From the NCBI GenBank assembly GCA_965219455.1, contig OZ244744.1, positions 4,416,001 to 4,480,000 of the forward strand: DNA of 64,000 nt, given 5' to 3'. Origin of the DNA: Candidatus Latescibacterota bacterium (GTDB lineage Bacteria; Latescibacterota; UBA2968; GCA-2709665). Of this stretch, positions 9,266 to 19,829 are shown piece after piece. The translations under genes and the position numbers were made by a program. The notes below the pieces were generated by a model. That model ran no database searches, was not told where the DNA came from, and saw nothing but the letters and a program-made list of their open reading frames with translations. The stretch's first letter is position 1, and the number at the start of each line of letters is the position of its first letter.

Positions 9266-10630
9266 TTAACGATCGTAGATGTCCGGCCCCCAGTCGATTT
9301 CCTGATGCTCCTGCTTCAGGATCACGGCTCTGTGAGCTGGCGCGTTTTTCATCAGAACGACGCCGGGACCGACCATGGCGCCGGGGCCGACAATGCGGCC
9401 GGGCATGAGGATGGTTCCAACGCCGGTGCGCGCGTAGTCGCCGAAGAGGGCGCCGGAGAATCCGGGCGCCGGATGGCGAATTCCTTTCACTTCTACCTGC
9501 GTGGGCCCATCGTCGAATCGGAGCGTGCCCACCTGGGTGCCGGCGCCGAATTCCGCGCCTTCGCCATAGATACCGGCAATTTGCATCTGGTGGGTGATTC
9601 GACCGCCAGCCAGAATGACGCCACTGAACTCTCCGAGAAAGGTGATATGGTTGTTGCGGTCCACCACGCCGGAGACCTTCGCGAAAGGCCCGATCCGGCA
9701 GTCGTCTCCGATAACGGTGCCCGACGCAATCTGGGAACCGTCGAAGACATGCGTGTTTCTGCCAATCCAAACCGGCCCGCTGATACGGGCGCCGGCTGAG
9801 ATTGTCGCGCCATCGTCGACAAACACGGGGCCGTCGATGTGCGCGCCGGGATCGATCCGCGCCGTGGCCGCAATATTAGAGTCCTGCATGTCCCTGGCCA
9901 TTTCCCGCAAGGCCAGACGACAGACGGCCAGGGGTTCCCAGGGCATGTCCATGTCGAAGCACGCACCGTCCGTTCGCACGGCGGCGGCGGGCCGGCCTTC
10001 CCGGTACATGAGCGGCAGGGCATCGGCGATTTCGTGGCCCTCGGGCGGCGTAACGCCGTTTTGCACGCTGGTTATAAAGTCAGACGTACCGGCAAGGTCC
10101 TGAAGCGCGTCGTTCCTGAATACGAAAAGGCCTGATAGCGCCGTGCCGGTGGATGCACGGGGCTTCCAGGTGTAGTTGACGATGTTTTTCCGGCCATCGG
10201 TTTCCACGCGAATGCGCCGGTTGAGTTGCCCGCTGTGGTGTACGGCGGCAACGGAGCAGTCGGAGAACGCGTCCAGGAGTTGCGAAAGGACGCTCGGTTC
10301 GAAGTAGACGTCTCCGTACACGACCACAAAGTCGTTGTTGCCGATAAAGTCCGCCGCGGCGCAGACGGCGTGGGCCGTACCAAGTTGCTCCGACTGTTCA
10401 ACATATGTAATTTTGCATCCAAACCGGCGGCCGTCGGAAAAATGATTGCGTATCCGACCCTGTCGATGGCCGACGACGATGCCGACGTCGGTGATGCCCG
10501 CGCCAACGATGCGATCCACGATCCACTCCAGCAGGGGCCGGTTGCATACGGGAAACATGGGTTTGGGCCGGTAGTGGTTGAAGGGATAGAATCGGTCGCC
10601 TTTCCCGGCGGCCAGAATGACGGCTTTCAC
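9266..10630 (-). CDS. Bifunctional sugar-1-phosphate nucleotidyltransferase/acetyltransferase (archaeal GlmU-like)
   Basis: KAVILAAGKGDR..PKP, EQLGTAHA, C-terminal hexapeptide repeats, NLRFDD-like TLRFDD motif. Confidence 0.85.
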   Translation of the reverse strand: MKAVILAAGKGDRFYPFNHYRPKPMFPVCNRPLLEWIVDRIVGAGITDVGIVVGHRQGRIRNHFSDGRRFGCKITYVEQSEQLGTAHAVCAAADFIGNNDFVVVYGDVYFEPSVLSQLLDAFSDCSVAAVHHSGQLNRRIRVETDGRKNIVNYTWKPRASTGTALSGLFVFRNDALQDLAGTSDFITSVQNGVTPPEGHEIADALPLMYREGRPAAAVRTDGACFDMDMPWEPLAVCRLALREMARDMQDSNIAATARIDPGAHIDGPVFVDDGATISAGARISGPVWIGRNTHVFDGSQIASGTVIGDDCRIGPFAKVSGVVDRNNHITFLGEFSGVILAGGRITHQMQIAGIYGEGAEFGAGTQVGTLRFDDGPTQVEVKGIRHPAPGFSGALFGDYARTGVGTILMPGRIVGPGAMVGPGVVLMKNAPAHRAVILKQEHQEIDWGPDIYDR

Positions 10631-10703
10631 CTGGAACTCCTGGAGTTATGAGTCTGAAGAAAGGAAATCTCGAACGGGGCGGATGCGGCGCGCCCGACAC
10701 CGG

Positions 10704-11594
10704 CTACTGAATGGGCTCCGGATCGATGGGACCCACGGGCACGTCCGTGAGGTCCTCCGCGAAGACGATGTTGCCGCCGAAAATGCGCGCGGCTTCGGCC
10801 ACGAGGCGCTCCCGGACGCCGGGTGGTTCCAGTTGTTCGGTAACGTGGGTCAGGATCAGGGTACCGACGTCAGCTTCCGAGGCCGTCCGGGCGGCGTCCA
10901 GGTGTCCGGAACAGCAACCTGTGATTCGCGGGTCGAGTTCAACGTCGTTGATTAAGTGGCACATGTGGATGAGCACGTCCGCATCCCGCGCCAGGTCCGT
11001 CAGGCGGCGGGTCGGCGCCGTGTCTCCTCCGAAGACGATGGTCCCGTAGGGTGTGTCCAGCCGGTAGGCCAGGCAAGTGAGCTGCGGTTGAACATGGATG
11101 ACTTCGGCGGTTTCGACCCGCCAGTTTCCACCCGGAATGCATGAGCCGTCTGCAACTTCGGTGACGAGGGGGTCGGGGCGTTGCCGGGGCAGAATTCCGC
11201 CCCGCCGTTCGTAAACGAACTCGCTTCCGGGGTGCCTTGTCCGGGCGTCGAGGTCGGGACCGAAGGCGCCGTCGGATCCGAGGAGCCGTTCGGTCATCCG
11301 TTTCAACGGAGCCGGACCGTATACCTCAAGCTCCGGGATCTTTCCCGCACCCTGGTCCCAGCGGGTGAGTACGATACATGCGTAGTCCACGCAGTGGTCG
11401 TAGTGGAGGTGCGTAAGGAAGAGGCGCGTCAACGCCTGGGGGGGGACCGCCTCTTCGAGGAGGCGTCGTGCGACACCCGGGCCGCAGTCGAACAGCAGGA
11501 CTTCCTCGTCGAAGGTGACGAGGTAGCCGGAACCTGCGCGGTGGAAAAGAGGGGTGGGAGTTCCGGTGCCCAGGAGGGTCAGTTTCAAAGACAT
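10704..11594 (-). CDS. MBL-fold metallo-hydrolase (RNase Z/AtsA-like)
   Basis: LLGTGTP, THLHYDH, GDT, LTH motifs. Confidence 0.9.
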   Translation of the reverse strand: MSLKLTLLGTGTPTPLFHRAGSGYLVTFDEEVLLFDCGPGVARRLLEEAVPPQALTRLFLTHLHYDHCVDYACIVLTRWDQGAGKIPELEVYGPAPLKRMTERLLGSDGAFGPDLDARTRHPGSEFVYERRGGILPRQRPDPLVTEVADGSCIPGGNWRVETAEVIHVQPQLTCLAYRLDTPYGTIVFGGDTAPTRRLTDLARDADVLIHMCHLINDVELDPRITGCCSGHLDAARTASEADVGTLILTHVTEQLEPPGVRERLVAEAARIFGGNIVFAEDLTDVPVGPIDPEPIQ

Positions 11595-11648
11595 AAGATG
11601 GAAAGTCCCGATACTTCAATTGCGTGCGGCGCCCGGCGCGATTCGGGC

Positions 11649-12668
11649 CTACCGGTCCACGTCGACTTCAAAGTGGCGGATGAGGGGGCCGAGATCTATC
11701 CAGAATGCTTCAGGTATATCACTGGCTCCGGCGTCGGCATTGGCACGGGCCTCGGCCGGAACACGTGCGCCGGGGATGGTGGCGGCAACCTGAGGATGTC
11801 GTGTGCACCATTGAAGGGCCGCCGCAACCATGGGGACGCCGTGGCTCGTACAAAGGTCCTGGATTCTCGCCACGTGGTCCACGCAGGTCTGGCTGAAGTT
11901 TCGAGCCAGGTAGTCGATGCCGTCTACGGGACCGGTGGCAAGCAGCCCCCGTTCTACGGGTGTGGCGATCACGAGGCCCACGTCGTGTCTGACCGCCGCC
12001 GGCAGGATGCGGTCGGCGGCAAGCTGATTGATCAGGCTGAGCGCTTCCGGAACGACGGCGGCATCGAATTCCCCCGTTTCTATGTACCAGGCGTTGGTGT
12101 GGGGGTCGTTGGCGGCGGAGCCGACACAACGTGTGACGCCCGTATCCTGAAGTTTTCGAAGGGCGCCGAGGGCGCGATTCTTTCCCATTACGTCTTCGAC
12201 GGGTATGTCCATGGCGTCGTGGATGTAGAGAACTTCGAAGGCGTCGATGCCCAGCCGGTCCCGGCTCTCCTCGACCTGCCGCATAACGGCGTCGTAGGAA
12301 TAGTCCCGTCCGTCGGCAGTCTGCCCGACTTTTGTGGTAACCGCGCACCGTTTCGCAAGGTCGGGACGTTGCCTGAGGGCCAGGCCAATAATGGATTCGC
12401 TGTTGCCCGAACCGTACAGCGGCGCGGTGTCGATCAGCGTAGAGCCCGCTTCGATGGCCGCGTGTACCGTTGCAATTCCCAGTTCGATATCCATATGGCT
12501 GGTCCGCCCGGCGCCTTTGGCGGAAGGTCCCGGCCGACCCCAGGTCGACGCATCCATGAAGTCGTATTCCGCTGCCGCACGGTTGGGATCCGCGATGCCG
12601 ATAAAGCCGGTACCCAGACCCACAATGGGGATCTTCAGGCCGGTCCTGCCTAGCGTTTTTGTCTTCAA
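11649..12668 (-). CDS. Aldo/keto reductase
   Basis: KTLGRTGL, IDTAPLYG, TTKVG, LYIHD; probable TTG start at 12668. Confidence 0.9.
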   Translation of the reverse strand: MKTKTLGRTGLKIPIVGLGTGFIGIADPNRAAAEYDFMDASTWGRPGPSAKGAGRTSHMDIELGIATVHAAIEAGSTLIDTAPLYGSGNSESIIGLALRQRPDLAKRCAVTTKVGQTADGRDYSYDAVMRQVEESRDRLGIDAFEVLYIHDAMDIPVEDVMGKNRALGALRKLQDTGVTRCVGSAANDPHTNAWYIETGEFDAAVVPEALSLINQLAADRILPAAVRHDVGLVIATPVERGLLATGPVDGIDYLARNFSQTCVDHVARIQDLCTSHGVPMVAAALQWCTRHPQVAATIPGARVPAEARANADAGASDIPEAFWIDLGPLIRHFEVDVDR

Positions 12669-12891
12669 TGGCGGGCCTCGAAAAAGACGCAGAGTGCGGA
12701 AGCGGCGCCCTGCTTCCCGGGTGGCGTTTAAGACAGTTTCTAAAATAGCATGCGCGTGGTCCTGGCGCAATACCCTTCTGTTCGTTGGGCATATACAGGC
12801 AATCCGCGCTTGCCTTTGATCACTGGGGGCATTATCATAATCTCGGTTCATGCCGATGCCGTGTCAACCCAACGTCGGAGAGGAGGCGGTA

Positions 12892-13857
12892 ATGCGAAAT
12901 CGATATCCATGTGCGCTGTTTGCCGGATGCCTGATCTTGATGACTCCGGCCCTCGCGCAGAAAGGGACCGTGGGAGACAAATGGTGGCCATCCGAGTGGG
13001 GGGCGGGAGATCAGAAAGGGGCAATGAACCGGCTGACCCCGCAGAAGGTATTGGGGGCCGCGAGATTGATCCAGGCGGGCAAGACCTACCAGCTTGGAAG
13101 GGTTTACGAGCCGGGAATCCCGCTGTTCGGCAACCGGCATTACAGTCTGACCATTCCCGGTTCGCCAACCGGAGGGCCCGTCGGAGAGAACCAGTTGATC
13201 TGGTTCGACGAAATGTTCAGCGGCGAGATCGGACAGGTGGGAACCCAATTCGATGGATTGGGGCACATCGGTACGCGCAAAGGCAATGAGGACGTCTTTT
13301 ACAATGGATTCAGGCGTTCGGAGGTTGGCACCGCCTACGGACTGGAGAAACTGGGCGTTGAAAACGTGGGGGTGTTTTTCACAAGAGGCGTTCTGGTCGA
13401 CGTAGCGGGCCACAAGGGGCTGGCTCGGTTGGACGTGGGTTATGTGATTACCGCGGCCGACATCGAGGGGGCCTTGAAAAAACCGGGTGTCGAGGTCACG
13501 GAAGGGGATGTCGTACTGTTTCGTACCGGCCATGGAAGTTTATGGAAAGTGGACAACGAGACCTACAACTCGGGTCAGCCGGGCATCGGGCTGGAAGCCG
13601 CGCGGTGGCTGCTGGAAAAGAAAATCGTTATGGTCGGCGCCGATACGTGGGCGGTCGAGGCCGTGCCGGGAGAAGATCCGGACGGTGCGTTCCGGGTCCA
13701 CGAGTTGCTGATCCAGCGTAACGGCGTATATATTCTGGAGAATCTGGACCTGGACGGACTGGCGGCAGACGGCGTGTTTGAGTTCGCGTTCGTTTTTGCG
13801 CCTCTCAGGCTTAAGGGCGCCACCGGATCGCCGGGAAATCCATTCGCAATCAGGTGA
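12892..13857 (+). CDS. Secreted cyclase family (kynurenine formamidase-like) protein
   Basis: AGGAGG RBS, signal peptide, QVGTQFDGLGH, TRGVLVD, GATGSPGNP. Confidence 0.88.
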   Translation: MRNRYPCALFAGCLILMTPALAQKGTVGDKWWPSEWGAGDQKGAMNRLTPQKVLGAARLIQAGKTYQLGRVYEPGIPLFGNRHYSLTIPGSPTGGPVGENQLIWFDEMFSGEIGQVGTQFDGLGHIGTRKGNEDVFYNGFRRSEVGTAYGLEKLGVENVGVFFTRGVLVDVAGHKGLARLDVGYVITAADIEGALKKPGVEVTEGDVVLFRTGHGSLWKVDNETYNSGQPGIGLEAARWLLEKKIVMVGADTWAVEAVPGEDPDGAFRVHELLIQRNGVYILENLDLDGLAADGVFEFAFVFAPLRLKGATGSPGNPFAIR

Positions 13858-13953
13858 TCCACTCCCGAATCGACGACGGACTCCGGCGTTCGCGCCGGGA
13901 ATAGATGCCGTGTCTTTCTTACGCACGAAAGCGCAGGCCTGCAGGGGGCAATC

Positions 13954-15426
13954 GTGAATCCTGAGGAACAGCAGCAGCGGTTTCCGGAATTGGCGCCGGA
14001 GTTACGCTCCCGGCGGGTCCTGGACTTCCTGAAGTTCTTCGGACCCGGCGCCGTCATCGCGTCGGTGACCATTGGAAGCGGGGAAACGGTGTGGGCGTCG
14101 CGCAGCGGAGCGATCTTCGGCTATACGATGTTCTGGGCGTTCAGTCTGTTCTGTCTCACGAAGGGAGTGCAGGTCTATACCGCAGCGCGGTACATGACGC
14201 TGACGGGCGAACATCCGATGGAACGGTGGGCGACTCTACCTGGTCCGCGCGGGCTGTTTCCGGGCGTCATCGGGGTAGTGGTTATCGTGGCATTTCCGTT
14301 CTATCTTTCGAGTCTGCCAATCATGCTCGGCACGATCACGTCCTGGGTGGTGTTCGGAAATCCCGGGTTGTACCCGCATGCGATAGCGATTGTGTTCATT
14401 GTGCTGCTCGCCGCGCTGACCCTGATGCAGAGTTACGGTTTTCTGGAACGGATGCAGTTGACGCTGGTCGGGTCGATGCTGGTGGTGATGCTTGTCGCCA
14501 CGTTTGCGGTGAATCCGGACTGGCTTGCTGTACTCGCCGGCGCGGTAACGCCCGCTTTGCCGGATTACCCGCAATGGGTCAAGGCGAACCCGGCATTTGC
14601 CGATCGTACGCTGATCGTGGAGATGGTCGCGTATATGGGCGTCATGGGTGGTGGTGTTCAGGACTACGTGGGTTACGTGGGCATGATGAGAGAGAAGGCC
14701 TGGGGGCTGATCGGAAGGGTGACGGGCGGAAGGCGGAGGCCGCCGCTGGCCGTGGATGAGCGAAATGTCCAAGTGGGGCTGAGATGGCTGAAGGCGCCCC
14801 TTATCGACTGTACGGTGTCTTTCGGCTGTGTGCTCGTGTTCACCGCGACGTTTCTCATCCTGGGCGCAACACTCTTGCATACCAATCGGATTGTCCCTTC
14901 CGGAATGGATCTCTACAACAATCAGGTGGTCTTTCTCACGCAACTGCATCCCGGAAGGACCGCGCAAATACTGCTGTCGGCGCTTTACAAGGCCGGTGTA
15001 TTCTTCGCAATATTCGGCACCGTCTACGGCGCATTTGAACTCTACGTGCGAACGGCGCACGAATGCGTTCGGTCCGTGTCGGCGAAATGGCGGAATCTGA
15101 GCCTGGACAAAATGCGCCTGTGGACGCTTCTCTATTCCGGCGTTGCAGCGATCGGACTCGTAATCTACGCCTGGTGGACGGCAACCCAGGATCCGCGGGG
15201 CGTGGGTTGGAACCCGATTTCGATGATGACGATTCCGCTCCACGTTACAGGGGTGTTGTTGGCCGGACCATGGTGCTTTGCCATGGTATGGATCGATCGC
15301 AAATACCTGCCTGAACCGTTCAGGATGGGTTCTTTCCTCGTCACGCTCAATATTCTTTGCGGGCTCGTGTTCACCTGCTTCGGCGTCCTGGCCGTCATTG
15401 AGGATTTAAGGGCGTTATTCCAATAG
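13954..15426 (+). CDS. Nramp-superfamily transporter
   Basis: FGPGAVIASVTIGSGE motif, multiple TM helices. Confidence 0.8.
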   Translation: MNPEEQQQRFPELAPELRSRRVLDFLKFFGPGAVIASVTIGSGETVWASRSGAIFGYTMFWAFSLFCLTKGVQVYTAARYMTLTGEHPMERWATLPGPRGLFPGVIGVVVIVAFPFYLSSLPIMLGTITSWVVFGNPGLYPHAIAIVFIVLLAALTLMQSYGFLERMQLTLVGSMLVVMLVATFAVNPDWLAVLAGAVTPALPDYPQWVKANPAFADRTLIVEMVAYMGVMGGGVQDYVGYVGMMREKAWGLIGRVTGGRRRPPLAVDERNVQVGLRWLKAPLIDCTVSFGCVLVFTATFLILGATLLHTNRIVPSGMDLYNNQVVFLTQLHPGRTAQILLSALYKAGVFFAIFGTVYGAFELYVRTAHECVRSVSAKWRNLSLDKMRLWTLLYSGVAAIGLVIYAWWTATQDPRGVGWNPISMMTIPLHVTGVLLAGPWCFAMVWIDRKYLPEPFRMGSFLVTLNILCGLVFTCFGVLAVIEDLRALFQ

Positions 15427-15604
15427 CGACCGAACAGCGGGCACAAGCGCTTCCGCTGGCGATGGATAAGCCTGGTTCGCCGAGCACGGAACCTGGCCGG
15501 ACGTGTCGTATCGCATCCCGGTCGCCTTCCTGGTTCCTTACACCTGTACCCGACACAACGACAACTGCGCCCGCACTTCAGATGTCATCGGATCTCCACC
15601 AACC

Positions 15605-17785
15605 ATGAAGTCCAATTCCGAGAATATCCCGGCGGGGGTCAGGTTGAGGGAGGTCTGGCTTGCCGGAATCACCCTGGCGCTTGTAATGGCGGCTGTTCTG
15701 GCGGTCCCGGGGCGGCTGGCGAGGGGCGAGCGCCTGGAGCGGCTGGCGAAGGCCGAGGCCCTGATTGCCCGGAACGCGTACCGGAACGCGTTGCGCCTGC
15801 TGTCCGGTATGGATGTCACCGGGATGGACGAGTGGGCGATTCGAAGGGCGCGGCTTCAGCGGGCCTTGTGTTTGAAGGCGCTCGGGCGCTATGAAGATGC
15901 ATTGATCGGGTTCCGCGATGTAGAGAAGGCATCTGCGGGAATTCGTGACTATATGGATTTCTGGCAAGCGGAATGTCACCAGGGGCTTGGACGGGCGGAC
16001 ATCGCATTGGTGCATTTTGCACGGGTGGTGGACACGCGGCCGTCGGGCAGGCTGTTGGAAGACGCGGCGCTCCAGGCGGCCGAACTCCATATGCGGGCGG
16101 GACAGGCACATGAGGCGGCCCGGTTGTACCGGCGCCTGGCGGATGGGAGCCAACGGGAGGTCACGGCGCTGGCGGGCCTTGCAGGTGCGTTGGAGGTCGC
16201 AGGAGATTCCACGGACGCGCGGCGAATTCAACGACGCCTCGTGCGGGATCACCCGGGGTCGCCGGAGGCGGTAGACGCGTTGGCTTCAATGGGGCAATTG
16301 CGAACGGTACAGGAACGGTTTTATGGTGCGATCGCTTATTCAAGGCATGGGCGGTTTCGAAAAGCGGTTCGGATGTTTCGGCAAATCGTCAGGGAGACCC
16401 CTGATAGCGCCTGGCGTGGTCGGGCGCAACAGGAACTGGGGCTTGCCCATTACAAACGAAAGGACTACCGAGCTGCCGAGCGGGCGTTGCAGGAGGCCCA
16501 TCGCCGGTACCGGGTGCCGAAGGCGTTATTTCATCTGGGGCGCTGTTCTGTGCAATTGGGACTTGACTTAAAGGCGGCCGGGCGGTTTCAATCGTTCGCG
16601 CGCCAGTATCCTGCAACTCCGGGGGCTGCTGAGGCGCTCTGGCAGGCCGCAATGGCGTATGAGCGACGGGGAAGGCGCAAAAAGGCGCGCAAAGTGTTTC
16701 TGAATCTGGCTGCCCGGTATCCCGGGAGCAATCTGGCCGGCCGCGCCAGGTGGCGGGCGGGTTACGCGCTTTACGGCCTGGGCCGATTCGAAGAGGCTGC
16801 CCGGGTCTTTCTGAAACTGGCGGACCGGACGTCCGAAAACTACATGCGGGACCAGGGCTACTACTGGGCTGGCAAGTCCTATCAACGGGCAGGCGGGAGG
16901 GAGCAGGGCGCGAATTGGATTCGGCGGGCCGCAGCCGGTTTTCCAACCTCGTACTACGCTTCCCGGGCGCGGGCGGTTCTGGCGCTGAAGGACAGGTCCT
17001 ATCCTCCGGCACCGGCATCGTCGTGGGCCGACGAGAGACAACCGGCATATGAACCGTCGCCCTACCTGTTGAAAGGAGACAGGTTGGCGGACCTGGGGCT
17101 ATACGATGAAGCGGAACAGGAATACGGACACGCGGGATGGGCGCATAGAAAGGAGATTTACGCCCTCAGTGAATTGCAGCGGCGATTCGAACGCATAGGA
17201 GCGATGAACCAGGCGCTCCGAATAGCCGGCCTGATCGTCAATCTGGAACGCGAACGGGGGATGCCGATTACACTCACTTCATTTCGCAGACTGTACCCTA
17301 CCTATTACTGGGGCGAGATCAGCCGGGCGGCTCAGGATTTCGGGCTCGACCCCAATCTGGTACTCGCGATTATCCGCCAGGAGAGTGCATTTGACGAAAC
17401 AGCATTGTCCCGGGCGGGTGCCCGCGGGTTGATGCAGGTGATGCCGGCGACGGGTCGTCAGATGGCGCGCAAGCTGCGTCTCAGGCGTTTCTCTAAGGAA
17501 GACCTCTGGGATCCAACAACGTCCATTCGGCTGGGCGCCAGGCACCTGGCCGATCATTTCCGGTATTTCAGGAGCAGCCGGAACAGACAGTTTGGCCTGG
17601 CTTTATCGGCTTACAACGCCGGGTTGGATGTGGCGCGGAAATGGTCCGGTCGGCTCCCTGTGCACGATATGGATGAATTTGTAGAGAGCATACCGTACCG
17701 GGAGACACGCAATTACTTGAAGCTGGTGTATCGGAATTATCAGGTATATTCGTATCTGCAACAGGAAACGGACGCGGGGGGATAA
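15605..17785 (+). CDS. slt: Soluble lytic murein transglycosylase with TPR repeats
   Basis: TPR helices; IIRQES, SRAGARGLMQVM, AYNAG, ETRNY. Confidence 0.9.
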   Translation: MKSNSENIPAGVRLREVWLAGITLALVMAAVLAVPGRLARGERLERLAKAEALIARNAYRNALRLLSGMDVTGMDEWAIRRARLQRALCLKALGRYEDALIGFRDVEKASAGIRDYMDFWQAECHQGLGRADIALVHFARVVDTRPSGRLLEDAALQAAELHMRAGQAHEAARLYRRLADGSQREVTALAGLAGALEVAGDSTDARRIQRRLVRDHPGSPEAVDALASMGQLRTVQERFYGAIAYSRHGRFRKAVRMFRQIVRETPDSAWRGRAQQELGLAHYKRKDYRAAERALQEAHRRYRVPKALFHLGRCSVQLGLDLKAAGRFQSFARQYPATPGAAEALWQAAMAYERRGRRKKARKVFLNLAARYPGSNLAGRARWRAGYALYGLGRFEEAARVFLKLADRTSENYMRDQGYYWAGKSYQRAGGREQGANWIRRAAAGFPTSYYASRARAVLALKDRSYPPAPASSWADERQPAYEPSPYLLKGDRLADLGLYDEAEQEYGHAGWAHRKEIYALSELQRRFERIGAMNQALRIAGLIVNLERERGMPITLTSFRRLYPTYYWGEISRAAQDFGLDPNLVLAIIRQESAFDETALSRAGARGLMQVMPATGRQMARKLRLRRFSKEDLWDPTTSIRLGARHLADHFRYFRSSRNRQFGLALSAYNAGLDVARKWSGRLPVHDMDEFVESIPYRETRNYLKLVYRNYQVYSYLQQETDAGG

Positions 17786-17999
17786 GCCACCGGCGGCGTT
17801 GCCAAACGTGACGCCGTGTGCCTATATATAAACGATCAGAGGTCAGGTGCTTCTGCGGCGGGCGGTCACGAACTGCATTCGGGCGTTCTGCCGTCGCTTC
17901 CCGGGCGAGGATTTCCGGTCCGTCCATCCGAAGATCGGAATCCGCGAGAAGTTACGGAACGGTCGTAAAACCGGGCAGGTCCGAGCGGAGGATAGATCC

Positions 18000-18215
18000 A
18001 TGTCAAAAGGCAATGAACGCCGCATCTGGGTTGCGTTGGAGGATTTGTTCATCGTGCTGTCGATATTTGCGCTTTGGCCAGTGATTCTGGGATGGGAGGG
18101 CTGGGTGTGGGAGGTGTTGAAATATCTGGCGGTGGTGGGACTGGTCTGGATCTTTGCGCGGCGGGCGAGGCGGTATAAACGCCGAAAGAACGCGGACGAT
18201 TCCGCAACGGATTGA
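18000..18215 (+). CDS. Small two-TM membrane protein
   Basis: GGAGG RBS, 71 aa with two hydrophobic segments and a basic tail. Confidence 0.6.
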   Translation: MSKGNERRIWVALEDLFIVLSIFALWPVILGWEGWVWEVLKYLAVVGLVWIFARRARRYKRRKNADDSATD

Positions 18216-18250
18216 GCAGCGGGAAATGCCTGGGCGCCGCAACACCCGGT

Positions 18251-18841
18251 TCAAAGAAGCTTGCGTAGCAGTGGGAACACGGAGCGCAGGGCTTTACCCC
18301 GGTGGCTGAGTCTGTTTTTTTCTTCGGGTGGCAGTTCGGCAAACGTACGCCGCATTCCGGGAACCAGAAATAGGGGATCGTAGCCGAATCCGTCCGCTCC
18401 CCGCGGGCTGCACAGGATCAGGCCTTCGGCTCTTCCCTCGGCCGTCTGTACCGAACCGTCGGATGCACCAACGGCAATCACACAGCGGAAACGCGCGGTT
18501 CGTTTTTCATGTGGTGTTTCTCCCAGAAGCCGGAGGAGCTTCCGGTTGTTCTGTTCGTCGGTGGCTTTTTCGCCCGCGAATCGCGCGGAATAGACACCCG
18601 GAGCGCCGCTGAGCGCGTCGACCTCCAGGCCGGAGTCATCGGCCAGGGACACGTGTCCGGTATGGAAGGCTACCGTAAGCGCTTTTTTTATGGCGTTGGC
18701 CTCGAAGGTCGTGCCGTCCTCCACAATATCCCCGACGCCAGGGAAGTCGGTCAGAGAACTGACCTTGACTTCCGAACCCAGTATTTCCCGGATCTCTCTG
18801 AGCTTGCCGGGATTTTTTGTGGCGACCACCAGACACGACAT
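18251..18841 (-). CDS. rdgB: XTP/dITP diphosphatase
   Basis: ATKNPGKL, ADDSGLEV, GFGYDP, SHRG. Confidence 0.95.
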   Translation of the reverse strand: MSCLVVATKNPGKLREIREILGSEVKVSSLTDFPGVGDIVEDGTTFEANAIKKALTVAFHTGHVSLADDSGLEVDALSGAPGVYSARFAGEKATDEQNNRKLLRLLGETPHEKRTARFRCVIAVGASDGSVQTAEGRAEGLILCSPRGADGFGYDPLFLVPGMRRTFAELPPEEKNRLSHRGKALRSVFPLLRKLL

Positions 18842-18935
18842 AAGAAGCCTGCAAATGACGGTTAATCCTGTGGAACCGGTAAAGCGAATTTGCGGTTGAA
18901 GAACTCGCCCTCATTTTCGATCCCTGAACCGGATC

Positions 18936-19829
18936 TCAAATTTCAATTTCCTTCCTGTCGTGTTCTCTGAAGTCCTGCGCCTGGATGCGGATGATATAAC
19001 ACATTTCGATAAACCTCGAATAGAGCCTGCCCTCCGCCAGGTCTTTCACGTTTTCAATACCCTGGTTGGTGGTTACAATCGTAAAGCGCCGGTTGGCATA
19101 TCTTGTATCCACCAGGTTGTAGAGCATTTCCAGCTCCCATTCCGTATTCCGCTGCACGCCAAAGTCGTCGATGACCAGGAACGGGACGTTGCCGAGCGTT
19201 CGCAAAAAGGCCTCGGATTTACCGTGCATCGGACTGTTCTCGTCGAACGCAAACCGCAGCGTCTGGAAGAATGCTTTTGACAGGCCGATGAATCTTCCGG
19301 GACGCCCCGAGTTGAAGATAAGTTCGTTGAGCGCGACATAGGCGAAGTAGGTTTTACCCACCCCGGGTTTGCCCGACAGAAAGTATCCTCTTATCGGTTG
19401 GGGGGCACTTCCTCGTGCGACGGGCTCGCGCAGAACGTTCAACTTGCGGGCTTCTTCTTTCAGGGTTCCCAGGTAGCGTTTGAGCTGGTCTGCACCCCCG
19501 ATCGGTTTCCCTTCATAACTTTCGTAGAAATTGTGCAGGAATCTGTATCGAAACTGACGGGGGATGCCGGAGTTCCTGATCAGCCGGTTGATCTCGTTTA
19601 TCTTCAGCCGGTAGCGTCGACACTGGCACCAGGCCGGTTCGGTATCCGGCCGTTGAAAAATCTGATAAGGAGGCTTGCCGCCACAACGGCAATGTCTTTC
19701 GACCCTGGGTGAGAGTTTGATTTCGCCGTGCAGTCCGGCCGTAACCCGGGGATCATAATAGTATCCCGGATCGCTGCCGGGTAGGTCGATCCGCAAAGGT
19801 GGATCAGTTTTGTGTGAGTTGTCGTTCAT
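18936..19829 (-). CDS. DnaC/IstB-like AAA+ ATPase with N-terminal Cys cluster
   Basis: GKPGVGKT Walker A, LVIDDFG Walker B, TTN, RLYSRF; CRC..CQC; start uncertain. Confidence 0.8.
   Translation of the reverse strand: MNDNSHKTDPPLRIDLPGSDPGYYYDPRVTAGLHGEIKLSPRVERHCRCGGKPPYQIFQRPDTEPAWCQCRRYRLKINEINRLIRNSGIPRQFRYRFLHNFYESYEGKPIGGADQLKRYLGTLKEEARKLNVLREPVARGSAPQPIRGYFLSGKPGVGKTYFAYVALNELIFNSGRPGRFIGLSKAFFQTLRFAFDENSPMHGKSEAFLRTLGNVPFLVIDDFGVQRNTEWELEMLYNLVDTRYANRRFTIVTTNQGIENVKDLAEGRLYSRFIEMCYIIRIQAQDFREHDRKEIEI

Noticed and set aside
8390-12653. Long antisense ORFs (8390-9799, 11181-12653; also 42456-43802, 52576-53988)
   Set aside because: Shadow frames opposite well-supported genes, expected at high GC
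12484-12930. Short similarity tcgatatccat between the AKR gene and the cyclase start
   Set aside because: Only 11 identical nt inside two unrelated coding regions; consistent with chance
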